Assembly (NCBI GenBank): GCA_043228905.1
Contig: JBHGNT010000014.1
Location: 930,001-994,000 of the forward strand
Direction: 5' to 3'
DNA from: Azolla caroliniana
Lineage: Eukaryota > Plantae > Polypodiophyta
DNA length: 64,000 nucleotides
Under the pieces are notes generated by a model. That model was not told the DNA's origin. It searched no databases and saw only the letters and a program-made list of their open reading frames with translations. Position numbers and translations under genes: made by a program. Positions 12,201 through 23,487 of the stretch are shown here, piece after piece (positions within the stretch are counted from its first letter, which is position 1; the number at the start of each line of letters is the position of its first letter).

Positions 12201-14433
12201 TCGAGCAACATTCGATCTCCAAACAGAGATCGCACCATCGCTGTGAACCACACTCTTGTAGTTGCTGAGCATACAAATTTTGCCTCTCCTCAATGCCATA
12301 GTTTTTCTCCTTCTATCCCACATAATACATTAATGTCTCCTAGCCAAACATTAAGACCTAACACTTCCCCATTAGACACTCCACCCACATATGACACTTA
12401 TAACATAGACACTACATCCCCAAGACGCCTTAGAAGACTTTCTGACATCTACAGAGAGCTAGATGAATTAGAGTGTCATTTTAGCGACCTCGATCCTAGC
12501 AACATTGGTATTTTGGATAAATCTGGCCTTGATGAAGTACCCACAAAAATTGACTCTGAAGAGCCTACAACCATAGAAGAAGCTCTCCAAAGCTCAAATG
12601 CAGAAAATTGGATTACCGCCATGAAAAATGAAATGCACTCTCTTACAAAAAATGAAACATGGTGTCTAGTGCAAAAACCTCAAAATCGCACAATTATTAC
12701 GTGTAAGTGGGTACTTCGAATTAAGCGAGACTCGCATGGAAATTCCATTCGATTTAAAGCACGCTTGGTTGCTCGAGGCTTCATACAAGTACCCGGAATA
12801 GACTCCACAGAAACCTTCCGTCCCACACTTCGAATAACATCTTTTCGACTACTTGTGGCCATCGTTGCTGCTCAAAAGCTCGAACTTCATCACTTGGATG
12901 TTCAAACCGCTTTCCTTCATGGTGACCTTGAAGAAGAAGTCTATATGAAGCAACCTCCCTACTTCGAGAAAACAAAGTTTCCAACACACGTCTGCAAACT
13001 AAAGAAGTCCATTTATGGCCTACGACAATCACCTCGAGCATGGTACTATCGTCTCCATATATTCTTAATCAAATGTGGATATAATAGACTTAAAAGTGAA
13101 CCAAACATCTATTTTAGAAAATCAGCATCTAACTTTATCATACTAGGGGTCTATGCAGATGATTTTCCCCTCCTCTCAAATTCTCTATCTTATTTAAATT
13201 TTTGCAAACAAGAACTAAAATCAACATTTCCTATCACCGATCTTGGACCCATGACCTATTTTCTAGGAATAGAAGTAAAAAGAAATACAACACTAGGACA
13301 AATATCACTCTCACAATCTCGGTACATTAATAATATTCTAAAACGTTTTGACATGGAACATTGCAAACCCATCTCTACACCACTTCCTACCACACTTAAG
13401 TTATCCACTGAAGATAGCCCAAAATCACCCATAGAAGAAACCGAAATGAAAAACATTCCCTACAGAATAGTAATAGGGTCCATATGATATCTAGTCAGTA
13501 GCACCAGACCAGATCTATGCTTTAGCACTGGACTACTATAACGTTTTATGACTAACCCCGGTCCTAAACACTGGCAAGCACTTAAAAGAATTCTTAGATA
13601 TCTTAAACATACTAAACACTTGTGTCTTACTTATCAATCCACGCATTCGGAATCGATCCAACCAAAATTGTGCGGATGGGCAACCCCCTCAACTCCTCTT
13701 CATGGTTGGTGTGATTCCGATTGGGGGGGGATGTGGATGACCGAAAATCTACAAGTGGCTATGTTTACACCTTTGCCGGAGGAGCGATCGCGTGGAGGTC
13801 GAAGAAACAATCTACAGTTTCACTATCTTCAACAGAAGCAGAATATGTTGCTGCCACTCTAGCTGCAAAAGAAGGAATCTGGTTAAAAGCTATATTGGAG
13901 GAAATTAATCTTTCTGAAGAAAAACCAATAGAAATTTACTACGACAACCAATCTTGCATAAAGCTCGCAATCAATCCACAAATGAGCAACAATATAAGAC
14001 ATATATCATTCAAGCACCATTTTCTAAGGGACCTAATTGAAGAGAAGAAAATAAATTTGAAGTTCCCTCCATCAACCTCCATGTGGGCAAACTTCTTAAC
14101 AAAGTCGGTGTCAAACCATAAACACGTACAATGTTGCAAGAACATTGGGCTTCTCAACTTCACCAACACTGAAGACAAAGATATGGAATTTTGATTATTT
14201 TCCTTAGGGGGGAGTGTTGGAAATTATAAGGAAAATAATACAAAGTAATAATAACTAAATTATAAAACAATAAAAAATAAACATTTATGACTGTTACGAA
14301 CAATCACTTTTGTAAAAAGACACATTCGTTCTATAAAACTAAATATACACGCCTCTCTACAGATAGAGAGGAACCATAATTTTATCTATCTGTCTCTGTA
14401 TTTTTTTATCTCTCCCTGTCTCTGTTTTCAACA
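9263..14433 (+). mobile_element. Full-length Ty1/copia LTR retrotransposon, disabled
   Basis: LTRs at 9263-9442 and 14215-14433, TSD GAGGT, PBS TGGTATCAGAGC (tRNA-iMet) at 9443, PPT AGGGGGGAG. Domain order is gag-PR-INT-RT-RH. Confidence 0.95.
9585..14194 (+). pseudogene. Copia gag-pol polyprotein with stops and a frameshift
   Basis: Motifs CTICNKSGH, WYFDTGA, HSDLCGP/TDGGGEY and GVYADD. In-frame stops at 10884 and 13485; frameshift in the G run near 13723. Confidence 0.9.
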
Positions 14434-14855
14434 GAGGTTGCATGAAATTCAGACTTAACTCATAGGTCATCAAGTGTGATTAAGGTAAATAATTATAGAG
14501 AGCGTAAGATGAAAGACATTAAGAGAGGTTGAAGCTCTAGCTCTAGCTCATGAACCTTCAAGGAGAAGCTTAAAAGACCTAATACAAACCTATTTCATAG
14601 CTTTTTGCAATGTCCTTAGGCCTTTTAATGCACTCCAATCTAATCATATATGCCTTGGAGTTGGAGCGCATTAGCCATAAGAGGGAAGTCATGAGCATTG
14701 AGGGGCACAATGGACACATTCAATCATGCAATGTCATGCGAAATTGGAGGTTTGACGTTTGCTCGAAGTGTGATTATAAGTAAGAATAAACCTTCAAATC
14801 AATCATGGACACGAAGTTTGTGTTGGTGGTGTGGGGGAGGATGGCGACCTACATG

Positions 14856-15378
14856 TGTTACCCCGTACGAGATGTACGGAGAGTAAAGTGTGATGAGCGA
14901 GGGTCGAATGTTATCATGATGTTGTTGTGTATGTGTAGGGGGCATAAATGTAGTTGTGAGTCTATACGTATGTGAACACATGCACACGTGTGTGCATGTG
15001 GGTGGATACGAGGAGGTGTGAGTGAGTGTCCAGTATGAATGCTCGAGGGGGCTTACACCCCTATGTATCTACCCCCTCTTGTACTATTTAACCCCTTATG
15101 GGGAATGAATGAAAGATGAATAATCATTTTCTCTCTTAACCTCTCTCTCTCTCGTCATCTCTCTCTCCCTCTCTCTCTCCCCTTAACATTGAACCCCCTT
15201 GGGAGGGGGGTGGAGCCATTCTAGGCACCACCCCCCACCCCGCAATGCTTCTCAATGATTCTCAACCTCTTCATGATCTCTCTCACCATCATACTCTCCA
15301 TCTTCATTATTACACCATGTATATCTTCGTCATCGATAATCATCATTACCATTAACCCTAACGTTAAAACCTACAACA
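14856..15378 (-). mobile_element. Solo LTR of the family at 20504-23225
   Basis: TG...CA termini, TSD ACATG (14851-14855, 15379-15383), and high similarity to 22695-23225. Confidence 0.9.
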
Positions 15379-15417
15379 ACATGCACAAGCCTGTTACTTG
15401 TTAGATTATGGGGTCTT

Positions 15418-17780
15418 TGTTGTGGAAGCGTGGAAATAACAATATATAACTAGAATTAAAGCTAATATATAGAGTAAGAAGAAAAGATAAAACAACACCA
15501 TAATTACTGAGGTTCGGCCAATTAAGCCTACGTCCTCCAAAGTAGCAGCTCTATTAAGATTAGGAAAGAAGATACAAAGTTGAGGATCTCAAACTAAGAG
15601 GAAGAGGAGCGTATTTATAGCTCCCAAACCACCTCCCTCAACTATGTGGGATAAAGATGGGCCAAAGACTAACAAATGTCCACCTTGGCACAATCTTTAA
15701 TCCTTCCAAATACAAATCTTCTCAAGCAAAATAAAATAGTCTGCTCTCAAATTTGCGTCGTGAGGCGCCAACTTTAAATGTGTTGGATATTAACCAAGTC
15801 TAAACAATGTTCAAACTTGGCCCTTGTAACCACCTTGGTCAGCATGTCAACAGGATTCTCCTTAGTATCAATCTTTTGGAGAAGTATCTCCTTCTCTTCT
15901 AGAATTTCCCGCACAAAGTGATAACGAACATCAATGTGCTTTGTCCATGAGTGAAAGACTTGATTCTTTGCTAAATGAATAGCACTTTGACTATCAGAAT
16001 ACACATCAAGTTGTTTTTGACCTACTCCCAAGTCCTTAAGCAACCCATGAAGCCAAATTGCCTCCTTCACAGCCTCTGTGATTGCCATATACTTTGCCTC
16101 TGTTGTAGATAGAGCCACCGTTGATTGTAAAGTTGACTTCCAACTAACCGGCGCCTTTGTAAAATTGAACAAATAGCTAGTTGTAGATCGTCGCTTATCC
16201 AAATCTCCTGCAAAATCAGAATCACAATATCCAAATATGCATTTACCAAGTGATTTGTCTTGCTCAACTGTCAATCCAACATCCACGGTATTTTGAAGAT
16301 ACCGTAGAATCCATTTCACAGCTTGCTAATGACCCTTGCCTAGATCATGAATATACCTGCTAACAATGCTAACAGTATGTGAAATATCGGGTCTTGTACA
16401 CACCATTGCGTACATCAAGCTTTCCAACTGCATTTGCATACGGGACTTTCGCCATGTTTTCTCACTCTTCATTAGTTGTGGGATATATGCGACTACTCAG
16501 TTTCAAATGAAGAGAAAATGGAGTACTTATAGGTTTTGTATCATCATACATACCAAAACGTTGTAGTATCCTCTTCAAATACTGTTTCTGAGAGAGCCAA
16601 AGTTTGCCTCTCTCTTTGTCTCTATTTATCTCCATGCCAAGAATCTTCTTAGCTTCCCCCAAATCCTTGATCTCTAACTCTTTACTCATCTGAGCCTTCA
16701 ACTTGTCAATCTCACCTTGACTCTTTGCTGCAATTAGCATATCATCAACATATAAGAGTAAGTAGATGTATGAACCATCTTGAAGATTACGCAAATACAC
16801 AAAATGATCATATTTGCTTCTTCTATACTTCTATCCCTTCATGAACTTATCAAATCGTTTGTACCACTGTCTCGAAGATTGTTTCAGTCCATACAATGAT
16901 TTGCTAAGTTTACAAACCCAATCTTCTTTACCAGCAACCTTGTATCCTTCTGGCTGAGTCATATAGATTTCCTCCTTCAAATCACCGTTTAAGAACGCAG
17001 TTTTCACATCAAGTTGACCTAGGTCCAAATTCAACTGTACTACTCATGCCAACAAAATTCTAATGGAGGAATGTTTTACATCCGGAGAAAATACCTCATT
17101 ATAATCAATTCCCTCTTTTTGAGCAAATAGCCTTTTGACAAGAACTACACCCTCTCTATGCGCAACGCTCGGCCACAACCGAGCTTAGAATCATACACAG
17201 AAAACGGGAAATGAAATGCACGACACAAAGGAGAGAAGAGTACACAGGATGTTTACGTGGAAAACCCAAACTCGGGAAAAAAACCACGGCAACCCACAGA
17301 CCACAAACTATCACTATGTCAGAATGTACAATAAGAAAGCACCGAGGCCACGACCTCGAGCTTGCTATCTTCGCCACAGGCAGCAGTTAAAATCAGAGGC
17401 AACGACCTCTTCATCTCTCTCTCTCACTCTCTCTGTACACAGTTGCACGCACTAATCTTGCGCCAACAAGAATGACAACTACACTCATAAGTTTGCCCTA
17501 AGTCATATTTATACTAATATGACTTTTCGGCTATTTACAAATATAGCCACGATGGACTCTCAGAAACATATTTACGAATATGTCTCTTCATCCGGAGAGC
17601 GCTTCTCACCGGGCCTGCATCATTCGGATCTTGTCGGGCACTCGTCATCTGGTTCTCACCGGGTCTGCACCATCCGGCTCTCCGTAGCCGGGTACTCCTC
17701 ATCCGGTTCTCACCAGGTCTGCACCATACATTCTTGTTGTCATTCTTGTTTTGCACGAGATTAGTGCGCGTAACAGTGTA

Positions 17781-17815
<35 letters not shown>

Positions 17816-20131
17816 CGTTGCCTCTGTTGTAACCGCTGCCTGTGGCGAGGATCGTGAGCACGAGGTTGTTGCCTCCGTGAACTCACTGTTGTACATTCTA
17901 ACATAGTGATAGTTTGCAGCCTGTGGGCTGCCGTGGTTTTTCCCTTAGTTTGGGTTTTCCACGTAAACATCCTGTGTGTTCTTCTCTTCTTTGTGTCGTG
18001 CGTTTCATTTTCCGTTTTCTGTGTATGATCCTAAGCTCGGTTGTGGCCGAGTGTTGCGTATAGGGAGCGTTCAGTTCCCGTTAGATAGAACATTATCATC
18101 ACAAACTGGAAGTGCATAAGCTACCATATTAGCGAAACGAGTAGGCTTCTGAATTACTTGTCTCTGTCTTCTTATTGCAATTGGTTCTGATTGCGCTAGA
18201 GGTTCTTGGGTCGGAACCTCTTCCTCATCTGACTCTTCTTCTGTAACCATAGGAGAGTCACCGGTGGTGCTTCGCCTTGGAGTCACCACTATTTGCTCAA
18301 ACTCCACCTGCTTTGGAGTACCCTCCACTTGTATCGGAGTATTATCCGGTTCTTCCAGATTTACCTTGTTCAACATGGCAGATTCATTAAAGGTAACATC
18401 TCTACTAATAATTGTTTTCTTTGCCTCAAGACACCACAAACGGTATCCCTTCACTCTAGCATTGAAACCCATGAAAAGAGCCTTCTTTGCTCGTGGATCC
18501 AACTTTGATTTAGTCACATGATAATATGCAGTAGAACCAAAAATATGCAAAGTATCATAATCACTTGCAGGTTTTCCAGACCATACCTCTAATGGAGTTT
18601 GGCCACCTATAGCAAATGATGGCAAATGATTGACGAGATGTTGAGCGTACGTCACAACCTCAGCCCAAAAGTTTTTGCCTAATCCAGCGTTAGACATCAT
18701 ACAACGAACTTTCTCCACAAGTGTCTTGTTCATTTGCTCCGACTCCCCATTCTGTTGTGGTGTTCTTCTAACGGTGAAATGTCGATTTATGCCACAATCT
18801 TCACATACTTCCAGAAATGGATCACTCTTGTATTCTCCACCATTGTCTGTTCGGAGAACCTTGATCTTTCTCCCGGTCTGGTTTTCAACTTGAGCTTTCC
18901 ACTTAAGGAAAACTTCAAGCACATCACTCTTGTTCTTCATTGTATGTATACACCCAAACTCTCCTTGAAAAATCATTGACAACAAAGGTTACAAAATAAT
19001 GTCTACCTCCTATGGATGGAGTTTTGGTAGGTCCCCACACATCTAAGTGCACATAATCCAAAATACCCTTGGTATTATGAATTGTAGTGCCAAACTTCAC
19101 TCTTCGTTGTTTTCCTAGAACACAATGCTCACAGAAATCAAGTTTGCATGTCTTCATGCCTTTCAACAATCCTTGTTTTGCAAGAATTTGCAAAGACTTT
19201 TCACCAGCATGTCCCAACCGCATATGCCACAACTTCGTTGCTTCAGTATCTTTCTTGGTACTTGAAGTTGTTGATGCCACTGTCCCCACCACTGTATTAC
19301 CTTGGAAATAGTACAAATTGTTCTTCCGTATGCCTTTCAACATCACCAATACACCTAAAGTTGCCTTAAGAACTCCATCTCGCATCATCACAAGGCCCTT
19401 AGATTCAAGAGCCCCCAAGGAGATGAGATTCTTCTTCAACTTTGGCACGTATCGCACATCCCTCAAAATTCTTGTGGTTCCATCATGATTGCGTAGCTTG
19501 ATTGAACCTATCCCGACTGTTTTACATGGATGATCATTACCCATGTAAACAACCCCATCATCGACTTCTTGAAATTCAAAAAACCACTCTCGAATAAGAC
19601 ACACATGATAGGTACAACCTAAATCCAAAATCCACTCATCTGGATGTGTTGACACCGAAGGCATAACCACTAAGGAAATATCGGATTGTGCATCATTGCA
19701 GTCTGCAACATTTGCATCTTGTGGACGTTTTCCTTTCCTCTTCAACTTCGGATAGTCTTTCTTCCAGTGCCCTTTCTCATGACAAAAAGCACACTCATCT
19801 TTGGCAATGCCTCGGCCTTTGGATTTGGACCTTCCTCTTCTCCCCTTTGTATGGCTTTGTTGATGACCTCTTGCCACCAATGCTTCTTCTGATGTCGTTT
19901 CTTTGGTTATCATCTTATCCTGCTTTCTCAACTCATGACTATATAAAGCAGAACAAACAACATCTAACGACACATACTCTTTCCCGTGAAGTAATGTAGT
20001 TTCTAAATGTTCAAATTCATTGGGAAGAGATGATAACAACATCAAAGCTAGATCCTCATCTTCAAATTTAACATCTAAATTCAACAGGTCTGCCACTAAT
20101 TGATTAAACATGGTGATGTGATCATTCATAG
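15418..20131 (-). mobile_element. 5'-truncated Tnt1/Tork-like copia: gag to RNase H plus 3' LTR (15418-15674)
   Basis: Motifs CAFCHEKGHWKKD, WILDLG, RTDNGGEY, LLLYVDDML and GYCDSDFAGD. PPT-like GCCAAGGTGGACATT precedes the LTR. Confidence 0.88.
17136..18083. repeat. Fold-back structure built from two inverted LTR R/U5 segments
   Basis: ~17136-17480 is the imperfect reverse complement of ~17737-18083. Both arms carry the CCGTGG...CCACGTAAA LTR motif. Confidence 0.85.
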
Positions 20132-23100
20132 TAGCTCCAATATCCATGCCCAGCAAGTACTGGTGCATTTTATATGACCAGGACGCATAGTTGCTCTGGT
20201 CGAGCTTCTCTGTTGGAAGTGAACTCGTCATTCCTCTGTCCATATCTTCTTTCTGTCTGTTGTCGCCAGGTTCTAGGGTTCATCTACGAAAGCAAGTGTC
20301 GGCCGCAGAGGTTCTCAACCCTCGCGCTCTGATACCATGTAAATGTTAATGTGCGGAAGCGTCAGACAGAACCAGCTCAGCCGGATAGCAACAGAAAAAT
20401 GAGATGAAGGTTTAATGGAAAAGCTTAATACACAGAGGAGACAGAGAGAGCAGAATGTAAAACTCTGTTAAAAAATTAACTCTAAAACTCTGTACATACA
20501 ACGTGTTACCCCGTACGAGATGTACGGAGAGTCAAGTGTGATGAGCGAGGGTCGAATGTTATCATGATGTTGTTGTGTATGTGTAGGGGGCATAAATGTA
20601 ATTGTGAGTCTATACGTATGTGAACACATGCACACGTGCGTGCATGTGGATGGATACGAGGAGGTGTGAGTGAGTGTCCAGTATGAATGCTCGAGGGGGC
20701 TTACACCCCTATGTACTATTTCTCTTGTACTATTTAACCCTCTTGTACTATTTAACCCTTTATGGAGAATGAATGAAACATGAATGATCATTTCTCTCTT
20801 AATCTCTCTCTCTCTCTCATCATCTCTCTCATCATCTCTCTCTCTTCCCTCTCCCTAACGTTGAACCCCCTTGGGAGGGGGGTAGAGCCATTCTAGGCAC
20901 CACCCCCCACCCCGCAATGCTTCTCAATGCACATCCCGCACCGATCACCATCTCCATTGTTATCATAACACTAACACTAACCCTAAAACTACAACACTAT
21001 TTGGCGACCACTAAGGCGACCCCCCTTTGGAGACAGAGTCCAAGAATGATACGCAGTGATGCAAGAAAAGTGACAAATGATGGCGATGATGTGCAGGAAC
21101 TGACAATATGTACAAGTGAGTGAGAAATTGAAGATTGACAATGTATTCATCACAAAACGAGGAATCCATGAATCGACAAAGAAGTGTTCAGCATACCTGA
21201 TCCATGTTTAGTCATAAGCAGAGACAAATATATCCTTTGATGTGTGTTAAAGTATATACAAATTTGTCCACAGTTTACAAGTTAAAGCACAAATGTGTCT
21301 TCTCATTACCACCATTTCAATCATCATCATCATATCCACCTAGATCATTCTTAACGAAGAGGGAGAAAATGATGATCATAATGAAGGCGAATATGAACAT
21401 GAAATGTTGTGTGGTTCGTGCAATTATGCTTCGTTGACAAAGACAGTGAAGGACGGAAAATTAAACGCACAACCAAATAGAGACGATTGAAGGGCCCGAA
21501 AGAAAGTGATGGGTTGTATGGCCAGAAGGACTGAACAGAGCCGAAGACAAAAACGGTTAGACACAGCCGAACTGCGGCCAAAACGGAGGCCGGAAGAACG
21601 CCCAGATAGTGACGACTGAACAGAGCGGCCACGCGATTGGAGGCTGGCCGGACGGGGCTGGCGACGACGAGAAAGGCGTCAGGAACGGTCACCACCAACC
21701 GACAGCAGCCGGAGCAGAGCGGCCGGAGAGCGGTCGGAATGGCCGGATAATGGCTGAAGAGCGACCGGAATGGTCAAACAACGGTTGAAGAGCAGCCGGG
21801 CAACAGTCGGAACGGTTGGAGTGGCCGGATAGTGGTTGAACAATAGTCGGGCAAAGGAAAACAACAGTCCGACAAGCGCCTAGACGAGAAGACACGGCAT
21901 CAGAGAGGCAACGGCCAGACCAGTGGCTACAAAGGCCAGACCAATGGCGGGACAACAGACAATAGCGACAACCGGAACAGCCATGAACGACGGCCGAAAC
22001 AACAACAAAGACACTGCCAAACCATGGAGGTGACGCACACATGAAGGAAATAGGACATAACAGAGATAGAGGAAGAAAGAGGAAGAAGAAAACAGGAAAT
22101 GACATAGAGCAGAAGGATAGGAAGCAACAATAATGGCGGTGGTAGAAGAAGAAGAAGACAGAAAGGAACGAAACAGAAAGATGAATTAGAAACAGGAGAA
22201 AGAAGAAGATAGAAGAGAAAATGAAGAGAAGAAAGCTAACGAATCGCAAAACGGCGGGAAGAAGAGAAAGACGCAGACAACGGCAAGAGAGAAACGTAAG
22301 AAGCATAGAAGAAGACAAAAAAAAATTGGAGGGGTATTAGACAAAAAGGGTACATAATTAAATTTTTAAAAATCAACGGGCACCGACTGAATTTTTAAAA
22401 AACTCATCAACCTAAAAGATATGGACACGATCCACACACAACTCACAAGATACAAAGAAGAACATACATATACACAACATGATTTTGGACCCATGACGAA
22501 GTTCGTAAGCCGACAAAACGAGAATGTTCGTGTCTCGGAAAGATTTGCTGACCGACAAAGATGTTCGAGTCAAGCACTCCAATCGAGGGAGTCGATCGTT
22601 GAAAGGACCGATGGAAGTCCCGATCGAAGAAATATCATCATCAAGGCATGTGGGATCGACGTGCAAGGCACTCTCCCACGGGCGTGCCATATTGTGTTAC
22701 CCCGTACGAGATGTACGGAGAGTCAAGTGTGATGAGCGAGGGTCGAATGTTATCATGATGTTGTTGTGTATGTGTAGGGGGCATAAATGTAATTGTGAGT
22801 CTATACGTATGTGAACACATGCACACGTGTGTGCATGTGGATGGATACGAAGAGGTGTGAGTGAGTGTCCAGTATGAATGTTAGAGGGGGCTTACACCCC
22901 TATGTATATACCCCCTCTTGTACTATTTAACCCTTTATGGAGAATGAATGAAACATGAATGATCATTTCTCTCTTAATCTCTCTCTCTCTCTCATCATCT
23001 CTCTCATCATCTCTCTCTCTTCCCTCTCCCTAACGTTGAACCCCCTTGGGAGGGGGGTGGAGCCATTCTAGGCACCACCCCCCACCCCGCAATGCTTCTC

Positions 23101-23487
23101 AATGATTCTCAACCTCTTCATGATCTCTCTCACCATCATACTCTCCATCTTCATTATGACACCATGTATATCTTCATCATCGATAATCATCATTACCATT
23201 AACCCTAACCTTAAAACCTACAACACAACATGCTAAACAACACTATTTATACAAGTCCATAAAGGACTGACAAAAGTACTTACATGTACTTCAATGCTCA
23301 TACATGCGACTGACACTAACTACGAGACAATGATTACCTAGTAGTCTAGGCTACTACTAGGCTTCCGGTTCACGCTTGAATCCAGCTCTCTGATCCATCT
23401 CCCCGATCCGGCCGGTTGTTTTCGGATACCGATCCGGCTCAGGCTTCTTCAGCCGATCCGGATCTGGTTGAGCTTGCTCACTCAACA
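20132..23487 (-). mobile_element. 5' end of a second copia: 5' LTR 20338-23487 (interrupted), PBS and start of gag
   Basis: PBS TGGTATCAGAGC at 20337-20326. Gag start TEKLDQSNYASWSYKMHQYL resembles the gag at ~27340. Confidence 0.8.
20504..23225 (-). mobile_element. Non-autonomous LTR element (LARD/TRIM-like, probably Tat-related) with a ~1.7-kb non-coding interior
   Basis: LTRs at 20504-20996 and 22695-23225. TSD CAACG/CAACA differs by one CpG-type change. PBS-like TGGCACGCCCGTGGGA on the minus strand; no recognisable retroelement ORF inside. Confidence 0.82.

Noticed and set aside
21351-22318. Hydrophobic minus-strand ORFs as an env-like gene
   Set aside because: They derive from GA-rich low-complexity non-coding sequence inside the LTR element.
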